Assembly (NCBI GenBank): GCA_036170235.1
Contig: JAVHOW010000016.1
Location: forward strand, 5,511-69,510
Length of the DNA stretch: 64,000 nucleotides
Direction of reading: 5' to 3'
From: Minisyncoccota bacterium
GTDB taxonomy: Bacteria; Patescibacteriota; Minisyncoccia; Phycocordibacterales; PALSA-1337
Below, one piece after another: positions 7,352 to 17,302 of the stretch (positions are counted from its first letter, which is position 1; every line of letters begins with the position of its first letter). Both the position numbers and the translations under genes were made by a program. Under the pieces are notes generated by a model that was not told the DNA's origin, searched no databases, and saw nothing but the letters and a program-made list of their open reading frames with translations.

Positions 7352-9604
7352 ATGCCTAAAACACCATTCACCCTCGCAACGCCATTCGAGCCTGCTGGCG
7401 ACCAGCCGAAGGCAATTTCCGCATTGACGGATGGTCTCGCTAAAGGTTTTGACCGCCAGACATTGCTTGGGGTGACTGGGTCCGGTAAAACCTTCACCGC
7501 TGCAAATGTCATAGCTCAATATGGCAAACCTACGCTCATAATTGCTCACAACAAAACATTGGCTGCCCAACTCGCGCAAGAGTATCGAGAATTTTTTCCA
7601 AATAACGCCGTGCATTATTTTGTTTCTTATTATGACTACTATCAGCCAGAAGCATATATTCCGTCGAGTGATACTTATATCGAAAAAGAGGCGATGATAA
7701 ATGAAGAGATCGAACGTCTGCGCCACGCTTCGACGCAAGCACTTTTGACGCGCAAGGATGTCATCATTGTGGCGTCAGTTTCCTGTATTTATGGTTTGGG
7801 CAGTCCAGAAGAATATGAAAAAGTTAATTTGAAATTGAAAGTCGGCATGGAACTTTCGCGCGCGGAACTTATTCGCAAATTGATTGACATCCATTTCGAG
7901 CGCACGACTGCTGATCTTACGTCTGGTCAATTTCGCGCTATTGGAAACACTGTGGAAATCATGCCAGTGAACGAGAAGACTATTTATCGGTTGGAATACG
8001 GAGGTGACACCTCCGGAGGTAGCACCTCGATTGCCACTATTACTGAACTGGATCCTGTTTCAAGATCGGTTCGTAATGGTAGCTTAGGGACTTCCTCGCC
8101 AGCATTACTTGAACCACGGACTATTTTCATTTTTCCAGCAAAGCATTTCATTTCTAGTGATGAACAAAGTGCGCGTGCTTACAAAACTATTCAAGCAGAA
8201 TTGACAGATCGACTCAAGGTTCTGGAGAAATCAGGAAAATTGTTGGAAGCAGAGCGTTTGAAGCGTCGGGTCAAATACGATCTTTCTATGATTAAAGAAA
8301 TTGGTTACACAAACGGTATCGAAAATTACTCTCGTCATTTTTCTGGAAAAATGCCAGGCGAGCCACCGGATTCTCTGCTTTCATATTTTCCATCGACTAC
8401 GCTCGGGACAGGTCCGAATGCCAAGAAAGTTCCTGATTTTCTGACTATTATTGATGAGTCTCACGTTACAATTCCACAATTGAATGGAATGTATGCTGGA
8501 GATTTTTCGCGTAAGGACACATTAGTCGAACACGGTTTCAGATTACCATCTGCAAAAGATAATAGGCCGTTAAAGTTTGCTGAATTTCTGGAGCGCGTTG
8601 GTCCGATAATTTATACTTCGGCAACGCCGGGAAAATATGAGGCAGAGACAAACAGCCAGGTTGTTGAGCAAGTCATCCGTCCGACGGGTCTCGTCGACCC
8701 GGTCGTGGAGATACGACCTATAAGGGAGTCGTCACATGTTCGTACGGAGCGACTTTCGGAGCGAGCGAAGGCGAGTGAGAAGGAGGTGTCGGCTGAGCAC
8801 AGCCGAACACCGTTCGCGGAGGGCGAACATGTGACGACTCCCTACATGGGTCAAATCTTTGACTTCATCGCCGAAGCTGAAAAAACTATTGCAAAAGGCG
8901 ACCGCGTGCTCGCTACCACATTAACCAAAAAAATGGCCGAAGACCTGTCCGAATTCCTTAAGGAAAAAAATATCAAAGCCTCCTATTTGCACAGTGACGT
9001 CAAGACTATCGAGCGCATAAATATTCTGACTGATTTTCGCAAAGGGAAGTACGATATTCTGGTTGGCGTTAACTTGCTTCGTGAAGGTCTGGATCTGCCA
9101 GAAGTTTCTCTCATAGGCATTCTCGACGCTGACAAAGAAGGTTTCCTCCGTTCCGAAACCGCGCTAATTCAAACTATCGGTCGCGCCGCTCGTAACGCCG
9201 CTGGTAAAGTGATTCTCTACGCCGACAATCTCACTGGTTCAATGGATCGCGCTATCAAGGAGACTAACCGTCGTCGCGCTATCCAGGTGGCATATAATAC
9301 CAAACATGGCATTACCCCGCAGACTATTATCAAAGCCATCCACGACATCACTGATCAGTTGCGCACCAAACATGACAAAGCCGTCAACGAGCTCGTCAAG
9401 ATTGATGAAGAACTGGCTCGCACCAATCCGAAGTTGTTGATGAAACAAAAGCAAGCGGCCATGGAGGAGGCGGTCAAGATGTTGGATTTCGAGACCGCGG
9501 CGTTGGTGAGGGATGAACTTATTGCGATTGAAGAGAAGTGGGGGAGGGAGAAAAAAGCGGTGGCGAAGAAGTTGAAGGAGGAGGGGAGGAAAACTAAAAT
9601 CTAG
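7352..9604 (+). CDS. uvrB: Excinuclease ABC subunit B, with two in-frame inserted palindromic elements.
   Basis: PAGDQP, Walker A GSGKT, the helicase motifs and a C-terminal UvrB/UvrC interaction coiled coil. Likely start is MPKTPF. Confidence 0.9.
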   Translation: MPKTPFTLATPFEPAGDQPKAISALTDGLAKGFDRQTLLGVTGSGKTFTAANVIAQYGKPTLIIAHNKTLAAQLAQEYREFFPNNAVHYFVSYYDYYQPEAYIPSSDTYIEKEAMINEEIERLRHASTQALLTRKDVIIVASVSCIYGLGSPEEYEKVNLKLKVGMELSRAELIRKLIDIHFERTTADLTSGQFRAIGNTVEIMPVNEKTIYRLEYGGDTSGGSTSIATITELDPVSRSVRNGSLGTSSPALLEPRTIFIFPAKHFISSDEQSARAYKTIQAELTDRLKVLEKSGKLLEAERLKRRVKYDLSMIKEIGYTNGIENYSRHFSGKMPGEPPDSLLSYFPSTTLGTGPNAKKVPDFLTIIDESHVTIPQLNGMYAGDFSRKDTLVEHGFRLPSAKDNRPLKFAEFLERVGPIIYTSATPGKYEAETNSQVVEQVIRPTGLVDPVVEIRPIRESSHVRTERLSERAKASEKEVSAEHSRTPFAEGEHVTTPYMGQIFDFIAEAEKTIAKGDRVLATTLTKKMAEDLSEFLKEKNIKASYLHSDVKTIERINILTDFRKGKYDILVGVNLLREGLDLPEVSLIGILDADKEGFLRSETALIQTIGRAARNAAGKVILYADNLTGSMDRAIKETNRRRAIQVAYNTKHGITPQTIIKAIHDITDQLRTKHDKAVNELVKIDEELARTNPKLLMKQKQAAMEEAVKMLDFETAALVRDELIAIEEKWGREKKAVAKKLKEEGRKTKI
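8000..8029 (+). repeat. Double mini-hairpin GGAGGTGACACCTCC GGAGGTAGCACCTCG, in-frame inside uvrB, encoding GGDTSGGSTS.
   Basis: Perfect 15-nt palindrome followed by a near-copy. It lies in a 17-aa region that is extra relative to E. coli UvrB, recalled from memory. Confidence 0.55.
8723..8843 (+). repeat. ~121-nt GC-rich palindromic element with 19-20-nt terminal inverted repeats, inserted in-frame in uvrB.
   Basis: TIRs gggagtcgtcacatgttcg / cgaacatgtgacgactccc. The core gactttcggagcgagcgaaggcgagtgagaaggagg... is ~85% identical to a copy in uvrA. It accounts for a ~40-aa insertion between the EVRP and RVLxTTLTK regions of UvrB. Confidence 0.75.
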
Positions 9605-9668
9605 TTGTAATCAACAGATTGTTCACATTTAGGGAGATGTTGTATTGTCAATTACAGCGTGATAGTAT

Positions 9669-9908
9669 TTGGATATGTCTGAAATCTTCAAAAATTCACC
9701 CACTTTTCGATTGTTTAAAAGAGAACCTTCATTTGCTGGGGGTGTTTCTAGTGTGCTTGATTTGGGTGCAACATTACAACAATATAATAATTCTGCTACT
9801 GGAAATGAGGCTGATTGTGATGCACTCAAAAGTGATTGGCAAGCTGTTGGAAATGATCTAAATAATTCTATAAAAATGTATGAACAGGAACTTACAAAAT
9901 CAATATAA
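9669..9908 (+). CDS. Hypothetical small protein.
   Basis: ORF only. Weak support. Confidence 0.25.
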   Translation: MDMSEIFKNSPTFRLFKREPSFAGGVSSVLDLGATLQQYNNSATGNEADCDALKSDWQAVGNDLNNSIKMYEQELTKSI

Positions 9909-10272
9909 TCGTAATCCTGTAGTTATACAACAACAGTCGGTAGAGTCATTTTCTGGCCCTCTCCCTCATCCTGATGTTTTGAGGAAATTTAATGAAGTGG
10001 TTCCTGGTTCAGCAGAAAGAATCATTAAGATGGCGGAAGAACAATCAGCGCATAGAAAAGAACTTGAACAAAAAGTTATTACTTCTGATATTTCTAGATC
10101 AAAATGGGGTCAAATACTTGGTTTCATTATTGCCATTGCAGGATTGATCGTTTCGGCTTTAGTGGCTATATATGGTAGCGCAATTGCGGGCGGTATAATT
10201 GGAGTCGGTACACTCGCGTCTCTAGTTAGTGTGTTTATGTCTGGATCGAAGGCAAGAAAGGATAACAAGTAA
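9880..10272 (+). CDS. DUF2335-like membrane protein.
   Basis: PLPHPDVLRKFNEVVPGSAERIIKMAEEQSAHRKELE motif plus a C-terminal Gly/Ala-rich TM region. Confidence 0.5.
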   Translation: MNRNLQNQYNRNPVVIQQQSVESFSGPLPHPDVLRKFNEVVPGSAERIIKMAEEQSAHRKELEQKVITSDISRSKWGQILGFIIAIAGLIVSALVAIYGSAIAGGIIGVGTLASLVSVFMSGSKARKDNK

Positions 10273-10570
10273 TGTGTAGATTTACAAAGATGTACAATGA
10301 TTTTTTGAAAAAGAATTAGTTTAATATCAGAGATATATGATTTAACTCATAATAAATCTGTTGCATTTCATCCTGTTTTCAATAATGGTGATGATATAAA
10401 CATTTATTAGAATTATATAAAGAGATATCAAAATGCCCTTGAAGCAAATTTTAAATAATATGAAATAAAACCATTCTTACTCAATTTTTGTAACTAATAT
10501 CAAACATCATCCTATATTAAATTTGTCGCGACACCACTTAGCAGAACAAAAAATATGCTAATATTCACCC

Positions 10571-11131
10571 ATGTCCATCAACATCATCTATCTCGCCGAA
10601 GAATTTGCTCGCAAGGCTCACCTGTCTGATCATGTGGGTAAAACAATCAATGGAATAAAAAGAATGCGAGTTGTGCATTTGCAGGAAGTGGCTGATCTGG
10701 TTTGGGCCTCTGGAGGAAGCGATAATGAAATAGCGGCGGCTTGGCTTCACGATTCGGTCGAAGACACGTCGGTTACTTTGGATGACATCAGAAAAAATTT
10801 TGGTGAAGAAATTGCGAGGATAGTTGAAGGATTGACTGACTTGGAAGAATTTAACGATTTACCTTTACAAGAGCGCAAGAGGAAACAAGCAGAACGAGTA
10901 AAATCAGAAAGTTTGAGTGTTCGTAGGGTCAAAATGGCTGACCAGACTTCTAATGTTAGGCTTGTGTCAACTGAACCGTTTCTTGATTGGCCAGCTGAAA
11001 ATAATCCTACATACATTGCTGGTGCGAAGCTCATAGCGGATGCATGCAAAGGTGTGAGTCCGATACTTGATGATTTGTTTGCGAAAGAATATAGAAAAGG
11101 AGCGGAGCGGTATGGTTTGAAGATGAGGTAA
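10571..11131 (+). CDS. HD-domain phosphohydrolase, (p)ppGpp hydrolase-like (SpoT/Mesh1-type HD).
   Basis: HLQEVA...AAWLHDSVEDT is the His...HD signature. ~186 aa. Confidence 0.6.
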   Translation: MSINIIYLAEEFARKAHLSDHVGKTINGIKRMRVVHLQEVADLVWASGGSDNEIAAAWLHDSVEDTSVTLDDIRKNFGEEIARIVEGLTDLEEFNDLPLQERKRKQAERVKSESLSVRRVKMADQTSNVRLVSTEPFLDWPAENNPTYIAGAKLIADACKGVSPILDDLFAKEYRKGAERYGLKMR

Positions 11132-11319
11132 TCAACAAATTATACTTACAACACAAAAAAACACACTTGAGAACTTGTGCGATAAGATTTTTTTGCTATA
11201 CTTACAGCATTCAGAATGTAAGTTTTTCTCGGTTCACAAGACTTAAATACAAAAATAGATAGTTTCTACAATTCAATAATCCAGTGACGCATAAGTCACT
11301 GTACTAGTTCGCTGATTGA

Positions 11320-11645
11320 TTCAGGAAGTGGCTGAAATATTTCCCGTGAACAAGGAAGTAAGGCATGTCTCGAAAGGCGAAAGGGCCGAGTAGGGCATTC
11401 TTGAGGCAAAATATCTACAGAGGTATTGTTCACAAGCGGGTGCAGATAAACTGAGTCACCCCGTATCTGTAAAAACGTACAGAAACAACTCCGCGGTCTG
11501 CTTCTGTACGTGGATATGTCGGACAAGTGGCGTCGGTTGGTCGCCAGTCCATGAGATCTAAGGTAGGCCTTGGAGATCATCAAAAATAAAAGCTGAAGCA
11601 ACCCCTCAAGTGCGAGTGAACCCAAAATCTCGCCTTCCTGAATCA
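11320..11645 (+). ncRNA. rnpB: Probable RNase P RNA (rnpB), reduced bacterial type.
   Basis: GC-rich island in AT-rich DNA. Terminal helix UUCAGGAAG...CUUCCUGAA. GAAAGGGCCGAGUAGGGCA resembles the GGAAAGUCCGGGCUCCAUAGGGCA P4/J5 region. ACAGAAACAACUCCGC resembles ACAGARARCAAACCGCC. A 3' GAACCC is present. The 109-aa antisense ORF has a Cys/Arg/Ser-rich, non-protein-like composition. Confidence 0.45.
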
Positions 11646-11696
11646 GTTAGGGAACATTTGATCTTATTAGGATTGTTAATTTATATACTTACCATG

Positions 11697-12215
11697 AATA
11701 CAGAAAATAAAAACAATATTGTGATTTATGAATCAGAGGATGGTAAAGTAGAGTTACAAGCGGATATAAAGAAAGATACGATTTGGGCGACTCAATTACA
11801 GATTGCTCAATTGTTTGAGACTACTTTACAAAACATTAATGCACACCTTATTAAAATATATAACGATGGTGAATTAGATAAAAATCCAACTATCAAGAAA
11901 TCCTTGATAGTTCGAAAAGAAGGTGGTAGAGCCGTGAAAAGGGAAATTGAGCTGTACAATCTCGATGCTATTATCGCCGTAGGCTACCGCGTCAATTCCA
12001 AAAAAGCCACCCAATTTCGCATCTGGGCGACCAGTGTCTTACATAAGTATTTAGTCGAAGGTTTTAGCTTAAATAAAAATCGTCTAGAAAAGTCACCAGA
12101 AAAACTGGTCGGTCTTTATAAAACCATCGCATTTCTTGAGTCAAAAAGTCTTAATGGAAAGCTCAAAGGAAAAATTACTCTTAAATTAACTGAAGAAATG
12201 GAACCAAATGAATAG
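11697..12215 (+). CDS. RhuM family protein.
   Basis: YNLDAIIAVGYRVNSKKATQFRIWAT signature. Likely start is MNTENK. Confidence 0.7.
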   Translation, partial: NTENKNNIVIYESEDGKVELQADIKKDTIWATQLQIAQLFETTLQNINAHLIKIYNDGELDKNPTIKKSLIVRKEGGRAVKREIELYNLDAIIAVGYRVNSKKATQFRIWATSVLHKYLVEGFSLNKNRLEKSPEKLVGLYKTIAFLESKSLNGKLKGKITLKLTEEMEPNE

Positions 12216-12355
12216 TGATATGGCAAATTAAGTTGTAAAGAATTTCTTTACAACTCCTACAGAAAATCCCCAACTAACAAGTAATCCTTGCAAGTTCAAC
12301 TAGTAAAGATTCCTTACTAGTTCAAAATCAGTCCAAATCGCGCTATACTACCATT

Positions 12356-13114
12356 ATGTTACAAACCATTATCATAATCGTCGTCATTCTCCTTGCATTA
12401 TCACTAAAAGTCGTTAAGGAATATGATCGCGGTGTTATTTTCTTTCTAGGAAAGTGTACGGGGGTTCGAGGGCCGGGACTTATTATTCTGATCCCTATTT
12501 TGGAGCGCATGACCAAGGTTACTTTGCGCACCATCACTATGAATATTCCGTCGCAGAAGATTATTACCAAAGATAACGTTTCCATCGATATTGCCGCTGT
12601 GGCTTATTATCACATCGTTGATCCGCAGAAGTCAGTGGTTGCTATTGAAAATGTTTATGATGCAGTCAATCAGATTAGTCAGACAACTGTCAGAAATGTT
12701 GTTGGAAGATTTTCACTTGACCAACTCTTGTCACAGACGAGTGATATCAATGTGCAAATAAAAGATGTTATCGATAATCATACTGAGCCATGGGGTGCGC
12801 AAGTAACTGCTGTTGAAATTAAAGATATTGTTCTCCCAGATAATATGCAACGTGCTATGGCCAAAGAAGCTGAAGCAGAACGTGAACGTCGTGCAAAAAT
12901 CGTCGCAGCAGAAGGTGAATTCCAGGCGGCAGTAAAACTTGGTGAAGCAGCCGATATTATTTCTGCTCATCCCGTAGCATTGCAACTTCGCACACTCCAA
13001 ACTATGGCAGAAATTTCAGTTGAGAAAAATTCAACTATTATTTTCCCAGCGCAGTTCATGACGACAGTGCAGGAGGCGATCGCGACGATAAGGGGGGATT
13101 CGAAAAATAAATAG
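12356..13114 (+). CDS. SPFH/band-7 (stomatin/prohibitin-like) membrane protein.
   Basis: N-terminal TM helix then an SPFH domain and a coiled-coil [20 protein letters not shown]. Confidence 0.8.
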   Translation: MLQTIIIIVVILLALSLKVVKEYDRGVIFFLGKCTGVRGPGLIILIPILERMTKVTLRTITMNIPSQKIITKDNVSIDIAAVAYYHIVDPQKSVVAIENVYDAVNQISQTTVRNVVGRFSLDQLLSQTSDINVQIKDVIDNHTEPWGAQVTAVEIKDIVLPDNMQRAMAKEAEAERERRAKIVAAEGEFQAAVKLGEAADIISAHPVALQLRTLQTMAEISVEKNSTIIFPAQFMTTVQEAIATIRGDSKNK

Positions 13115-13165
13115 TAGGAAGAACAGATTTGTATTTGCATATAAATTTCATGGTACAATACACCA

Positions 13166-13948
13166 ATGCCTATAGCTCCAAAAAAAGAAAAAATACTCGT
13201 TATTGAAGGTGATGCGGCATTTGGTCAGCGTATTGTTGACGCCTTGAAAAATGAAGGATACATTGCCACGCTAGTCACTGATGGCACTGCAGGATTGAAA
13301 GCCATATATGACACATTGCCACACCTTATTCTTGTTGACGTTGTTCTTAGTAGAACTGATGGTTATGATGTTATAGCAAAGAAACACACTGAACCGCTTC
13401 TGACAAAAATTCCAGTGTTCTTGATTTCTACTCGAGGAGTGCCTATCAATATGGCTCGCGTGCCACAGGGCGCTGTTAAAGAATACATTCTCGATCTTCA
13501 TGCGGATACCGCGGAGATCATCAAACGCATAAATAATTTATTCAATTATTCTAACAGTTCAGAAACTTCCGAACCAAAAAATAAAAAGAAAGTCGTTTGG
13601 GTAGAGGACGATAAACTCATTGGTACGATTCTAGCCAAAAAGCTAACATCTTCCGGGTTTGAACTTTTTCACGCGAAAAATGGCGATGAAGCTCTGAAAT
13701 ATTTAGCCAATAATGTTCCAGACGCTATCGTCTTGGATCTCATTATGCCCGGCATTGGAGGTCTTGATATTCTACAAAAAATAAAATCTGATCCTCGTCT
13801 CAAAGATGTTCCAGCCATGATTCTTTCTAATATCAATAAACAAGAAGATGTTGATCGTGCGAAAATACTTGGTGCAAAGAAATTTTTGGTCAAAGCGGCC
13901 GCTTCGCTTGATCAGATTGTTGCGGAGGTTTGTGATTTGTGCAAATAG
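13166..13948 (+). CDS. Response regulator with two tandem receiver (REC) domains and no output domain.
   Basis: Two copies of the D...D...T...K receiver pattern, ILVIEGD...LILVDVVL and VVWVEDD...AIVLDLIMPG. Confidence 0.7.
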   Translation: MPIAPKKEKILVIEGDAAFGQRIVDALKNEGYIATLVTDGTAGLKAIYDTLPHLILVDVVLSRTDGYDVIAKKHTEPLLTKIPVFLISTRGVPINMARVPQGAVKEYILDLHADTAEIIKRINNLFNYSNSSETSEPKNKKKVVWVEDDKLIGTILAKKLTSSGFELFHAKNGDEALKYLANNVPDAIVLDLIMPGIGGLDILQKIKSDPRLKDVPAMILSNINKQEDVDRAKILGAKKFLVKAAASLDQIVAEVCDLCK

Positions 13949-14011
13949 GTAACCCTTCACATGCGCAAAGCCCTTGCTTTTAGGGGTTTTTTGTGATACG
14001 ATCGCCAAATT

Positions 14012-16756
14012 ATGTCAGCTATGCGTAAACATAGTCCGGGAACTGGCGAAGAAAAGATCGTTGTGAAGGGCGCGCGGACGCACAACCTCAAGAATATTAC
14101 CGTCGAGATGCCGCGCAACACGATGATCGCCATTACAGGACTGTCTGGTTCTGGAAAATCTTCGTTGGCATTCGATACTATATTTGCCGAAGGGCAACGC
14201 AGGTACGTTGAATCTCTTTCCGCGTATGCACGTCAATTTTTGCACAAAATGCAGAAGCCTGATGTTGATGAGATTTCTGGGCTTTCGCCAGCTATTTCGA
14301 TTGATCAAAAATCACGCTCTAATAATCCACGTTCAACAGTCGCGACAATAACGGAAATTTATGACTATCTACGTATTCTTTTTGCGCGTGTTGGAAAACC
14401 ACATTGTCTGACTTGTGGACGCATCATTCATCGTATTTCTCAAGAAGAAATCTTAAATACTATTTTGCAGACAGTTACTACTCGCGCTACTCAAGCTAAA
14501 AAAGTTTATGGCGTGAATATCAGTGATGCCAAAATTCGTGTTTACGCGCCAGTCGTGGTTGGTCGTAAAGGTGAATACTATCAGATGCTTTATGATTTGC
14601 TTGGTAAAGGTTATGACCGTGTCAGAATTGATGGAAAAATTCAACGCTTGCGTGATCAGATTATTTTAGAGAAAAATAAAAAGCACGATATTGACGTGCT
14701 AGTTGATGAGATTTTCGTTTCTGAATTCAAAGATGCCAAGCAGTCTGGTAATGCGCGTGAGCGTCTGTCGGAGTCCATTGAACGAGCTGTGCATGAGGCG
14801 GAGGGACTGATAAGGATTGAGTATCCGTGGGCGACGGCGACTGGAGTGGGGGGAGGACATGCTCTCGAGACGACTTTCGGACCGAGCGAAGGCGAGGGAG
14901 AAGGAGGCGCCGGCCGAGCACGGACGGACGCCGTTCGTCGAGGGAGCAAGTCCTCCCCCCACTCTGAAGTTGCCAACGTCAACGAAACCCTAATGTCCGT
15001 AAAATTCATGTGTCCATACGACGGTTTTTCATATCCAGAAATTGAGCCACGATTATTTTCATTCAATTCTCCATATGGCGCTTGTGCCGCTTGCAACGGT
15101 CTTGGTACTGAAGGATTATTCGCCGAAACAGTTTGCAAGGTCTGTAACGGTGTTCGTCTGCGTGATGAAGCTTTGCACGTGAAGATTGATGGCAAAAATA
15201 TCGTTAATACCACCTCATTATCTATTGAAAAAGCCATTAAATATTTTAATGAAATAAAATTAACCGACGCTGAAAAAGAAATTTCCAAAGTTGTATTAAA
15301 GGAAATTCAAGCGCGCCTCTCGTTTATGGTAAATGTCGGTATTGAATATCTGACTCTAGACCGCCGTGCCAACACGCTTTCTGGTGGTGAAGCACAGCGC
15401 ATTCGTCTAGCTTCGCAATTGGGATCTGGACTTGTTGGCGCGCTCTATGTGCTCGATGAACCAACTATCGGTTTACATCAACATGACAATGATCGCTTGA
15501 TTCAGACACTTCTTCGTCTACGCGATCTCGGCAACACTATTATCGTTGTTGAACATGATGAAGATACGATGTTCGCTTCTGATTACATTATTGATATTGG
15601 TCCTGGCGCTGGCGTGCATGGTGGAGAAGTAGTTGTATCTGGATATTTGGATGATTTACTTATGGCAAAAAAGAATACCTCAGGTTCACTCACTCTCGCG
15701 TATTTGCGTGGTGAGGAAAAAATTGAGATACCAAAAACTCGTCGTGAACCAAAAGGTAAAATCATGGTTCGAGGTGGAAATGTATTCAATATTAAAAATA
15801 TGGATGTTGACATACCTTTGGGTTGTTTGAATGTTATCACCGGTGTTTCTGGTTCAGGAAAGTCATCATTGATGTATGAAATTTTGCATAGAAATTTAGC
15901 GGCTCGTTTCGAAATGCGCCATCGCAGTAATGAAACAATCAATTGCAAAGAATTCAAAGGCTCTGAATATGTTGGTCGCGTGATTTTGATAGACCAATCT
16001 CCGATCGGTCGGACGCCACGATCCAATCCCGCTACTTACACGGGAGCATGGACTCACGTTCGCGACCTGTTCGCCTCAGAACCAGAATCACGTGCCCGCG
16101 GTTGGGGAGCGGGCAGATTTTCATTCAATCGCCCCGGCGGTCGCTGTGAGGCATGCGAAGGTAATGGTGAGATTGCCGTGGAGATGCACTTTTTGCCAAC
16201 AGTTTATGTTCTTTGTGATGTTTGTAATGGCAAGCGTTTTACCAAAGAAACTCTCGAGATAAAATTTCGCAAGAAAAATATTCATGAAGTGCTGGAACTG
16301 ACGATTGAAGAGGCGATTGAATTTTTCAAAGATATTCCAGCGGTTGAAGATCGTCTGCAAAGTATGATGGATGTTGGTTTGGGTTATGTAAAATTGGGAC
16401 AATCTGCAACAACTTTATCTGGTGGTGAAGCGCAACGCGTGAAGATTTCCTCGGAGTTATATCGCGCGCATTTGCAGAAAACGATTTATTTGCTTGATGA
16501 GCCGACAGTTGGTCTTCACTATGAAGATGTAAAAAAATTGATTGATATTTTGCAAAAATTGGTGGATAAAGGGAATACGGTCGTGGTTATTGAACACAAC
16601 TTGGATCTCGTAAAAAATGCTGACTACGTTATCGATATTGGTCCAGATGGCGGTGAACGTGGTGGTAAAATCGTGGCGAAGGGGACTCCAGAGGATGTTG
16701 CCATGAGCAAGACGAGTTATACTGGAAAATATTTGAAGAAGATGTTGAGGAAGTAG
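14012..16756 (+). CDS. uvrA: Excinuclease ABC subunit A, with an in-frame inserted palindromic element.
   Basis: Two ABC ATPase modules, [14 protein letters not shown] and [10 protein letters not shown]. Zinc fingers CxxC. LSGGEAQR signature twice. Confidence 0.92.
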   Translation: MSAMRKHSPGTGEEKIVVKGARTHNLKNITVEMPRNTMIAITGLSGSGKSSLAFDTIFAEGQRRYVESLSAYARQFLHKMQKPDVDEISGLSPAISIDQKSRSNNPRSTVATITEIYDYLRILFARVGKPHCLTCGRIIHRISQEEILNTILQTVTTRATQAKKVYGVNISDAKIRVYAPVVVGRKGEYYQMLYDLLGKGYDRVRIDGKIQRLRDQIILEKNKKHDIDVLVDEIFVSEFKDAKQSGNARERLSESIERAVHEAEGLIRIEYPWATATGVGGGHALETTFGPSEGEGEGGAGRARTDAVRRGSKSSPHSEVANVNETLMSVKFMCPYDGFSYPEIEPRLFSFNSPYGACAACNGLGTEGLFAETVCKVCNGVRLRDEALHVKIDGKNIVNTTSLSIEKAIKYFNEIKLTDAEKEISKVVLKEIQARLSFMVNVGIEYLTLDRRANTLSGGEAQRIRLASQLGSGLVGALYVLDEPTIGLHQHDNDRLIQTLLRLRDLGNTIIVVEHDEDTMFASDYIIDIGPGAGVHGGEVVVSGYLDDLLMAKKNTSGSLTLAYLRGEEKIEIPKTRREPKGKIMVRGGNVFNIKNMDVDIPLGCLNVITGVSGSGKSSLMYEILHRNLAARFEMRHRSNETINCKEFKGSEYVGRVILIDQSPIGRTPRSNPATYTGAWTHVRDLFASEPESRARGWGAGRFSFNRPGGRCEACEGNGEIAVEMHFLPTVYVLCDVCNGKRFTKETLEIKFRKKNIHEVLELTIEEAIEFFKDIPAVEDRLQSMMDVGLGYVKLGQSATTLSGGEAQRVKISSELYRAHLQKTIYLLDEPTVGLHYEDVKKLIDILQKLVDKGNTVVVIEHNLDLVKNADYVIDIGPDGGERGGKIVAKGTPEDVAMSKTSYTGKYLKKMLRK
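14844..14964 (+). repeat. ~121-nt GC-rich palindromic element with 15-nt terminal inverted repeats, inserted in-frame in uvrA.
   Basis: TIRs gagtggggggaggac / gtcctccccccactc. The core gactttcggaccgagcgaaggcgagggagaaggagg... is homologous to the uvrB copy. It encodes the Gly/Glu/Arg-rich segment [42 protein letters not shown]. Confidence 0.75.
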
Positions 16757-16816
16757 GTTTTTGGTGGAAATAAAAAACCGGACGAAATTCGCCCAGTGTA
16801 AAAATTTCTCATTTAG

Positions 16817-17236
16817 TTAAATCACAACCGTCATCATGTTTGTTAAAGCAGAAAACAGGATTCGGATTAGTGAAATAATTAAAAGAAAGAACGAGATGAA
16901 TCCTGCCATGATGACAATGATTGTGCTGATAGTTTTTACTGGGAGCCAAATCTTCCATTTCTGATTTGGGCAACCAAGTTCTTCTTCGTAGTGGTTTATG
17001 AACCACACGATGCCTTTCAGTAAATTTCTTCCAACCAGAAATCCAAAGATCACAAGAACGATTTGCGCGGCAAGTGATTGGGCGATGCTGTAGGTCAAGA
17101 TGACCAAGAATGTGATGCTGAGGACCCACATACACAATCCTTTAAGTTGATCAGTCCGTCGGATAACTGGCGGGAATACGTGTTGATCTGGAGATTGACT
17201 TAGAATCTCACTGTTCCGGCTGAATAATTTTGCCAT
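16817..17236 (-). CDS. Hypothetical membrane protein.
   Basis: Two to three predicted TM helices. No recognised domain. Confidence 0.4.
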   Translation of the reverse strand: MAKLFSRNSEILSQSPDQHVFPPVIRRTDQLKGLCMWVLSITFLVILTYSIAQSLAAQIVLVIFGFLVGRNLLKGIVWFINHYEEELGCPNQKWKIWLPVKTISTIIVIMAGFISFFLLIISLIRILFSALTNMMTVVI

Positions 17237-17302
17237 AATTCACCTCATAGTTATTGGTTTTTGTTGTGCGAATTCGTAAGATACTGTACTCTTCATCTTA
17301 TG

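Noticed and set aside
11553-11572. REP-like imperfect site TCTAAGGTAGGCCTTGGAGA inside the RNase P RNA candidate
   Set aside because: It has 17 of 20 matches to the REP consensus but is imperfect. It is more likely a native hairpin of the RNA, and it is not counted as a REP copy.
11296-11625. 109-aa minus-strand ORF
   Set aside because: It lies entirely within the GC-rich structured RNA candidate. It is Cys/Arg/Ser-rich, with no RBS and no homology features.
14656-15288. 210-aa minus-strand ORF inside uvrA
   Set aside because: It is an Arg/Pro/Ser-rich antisense reading through the GC-rich inserted element. It is spurious.
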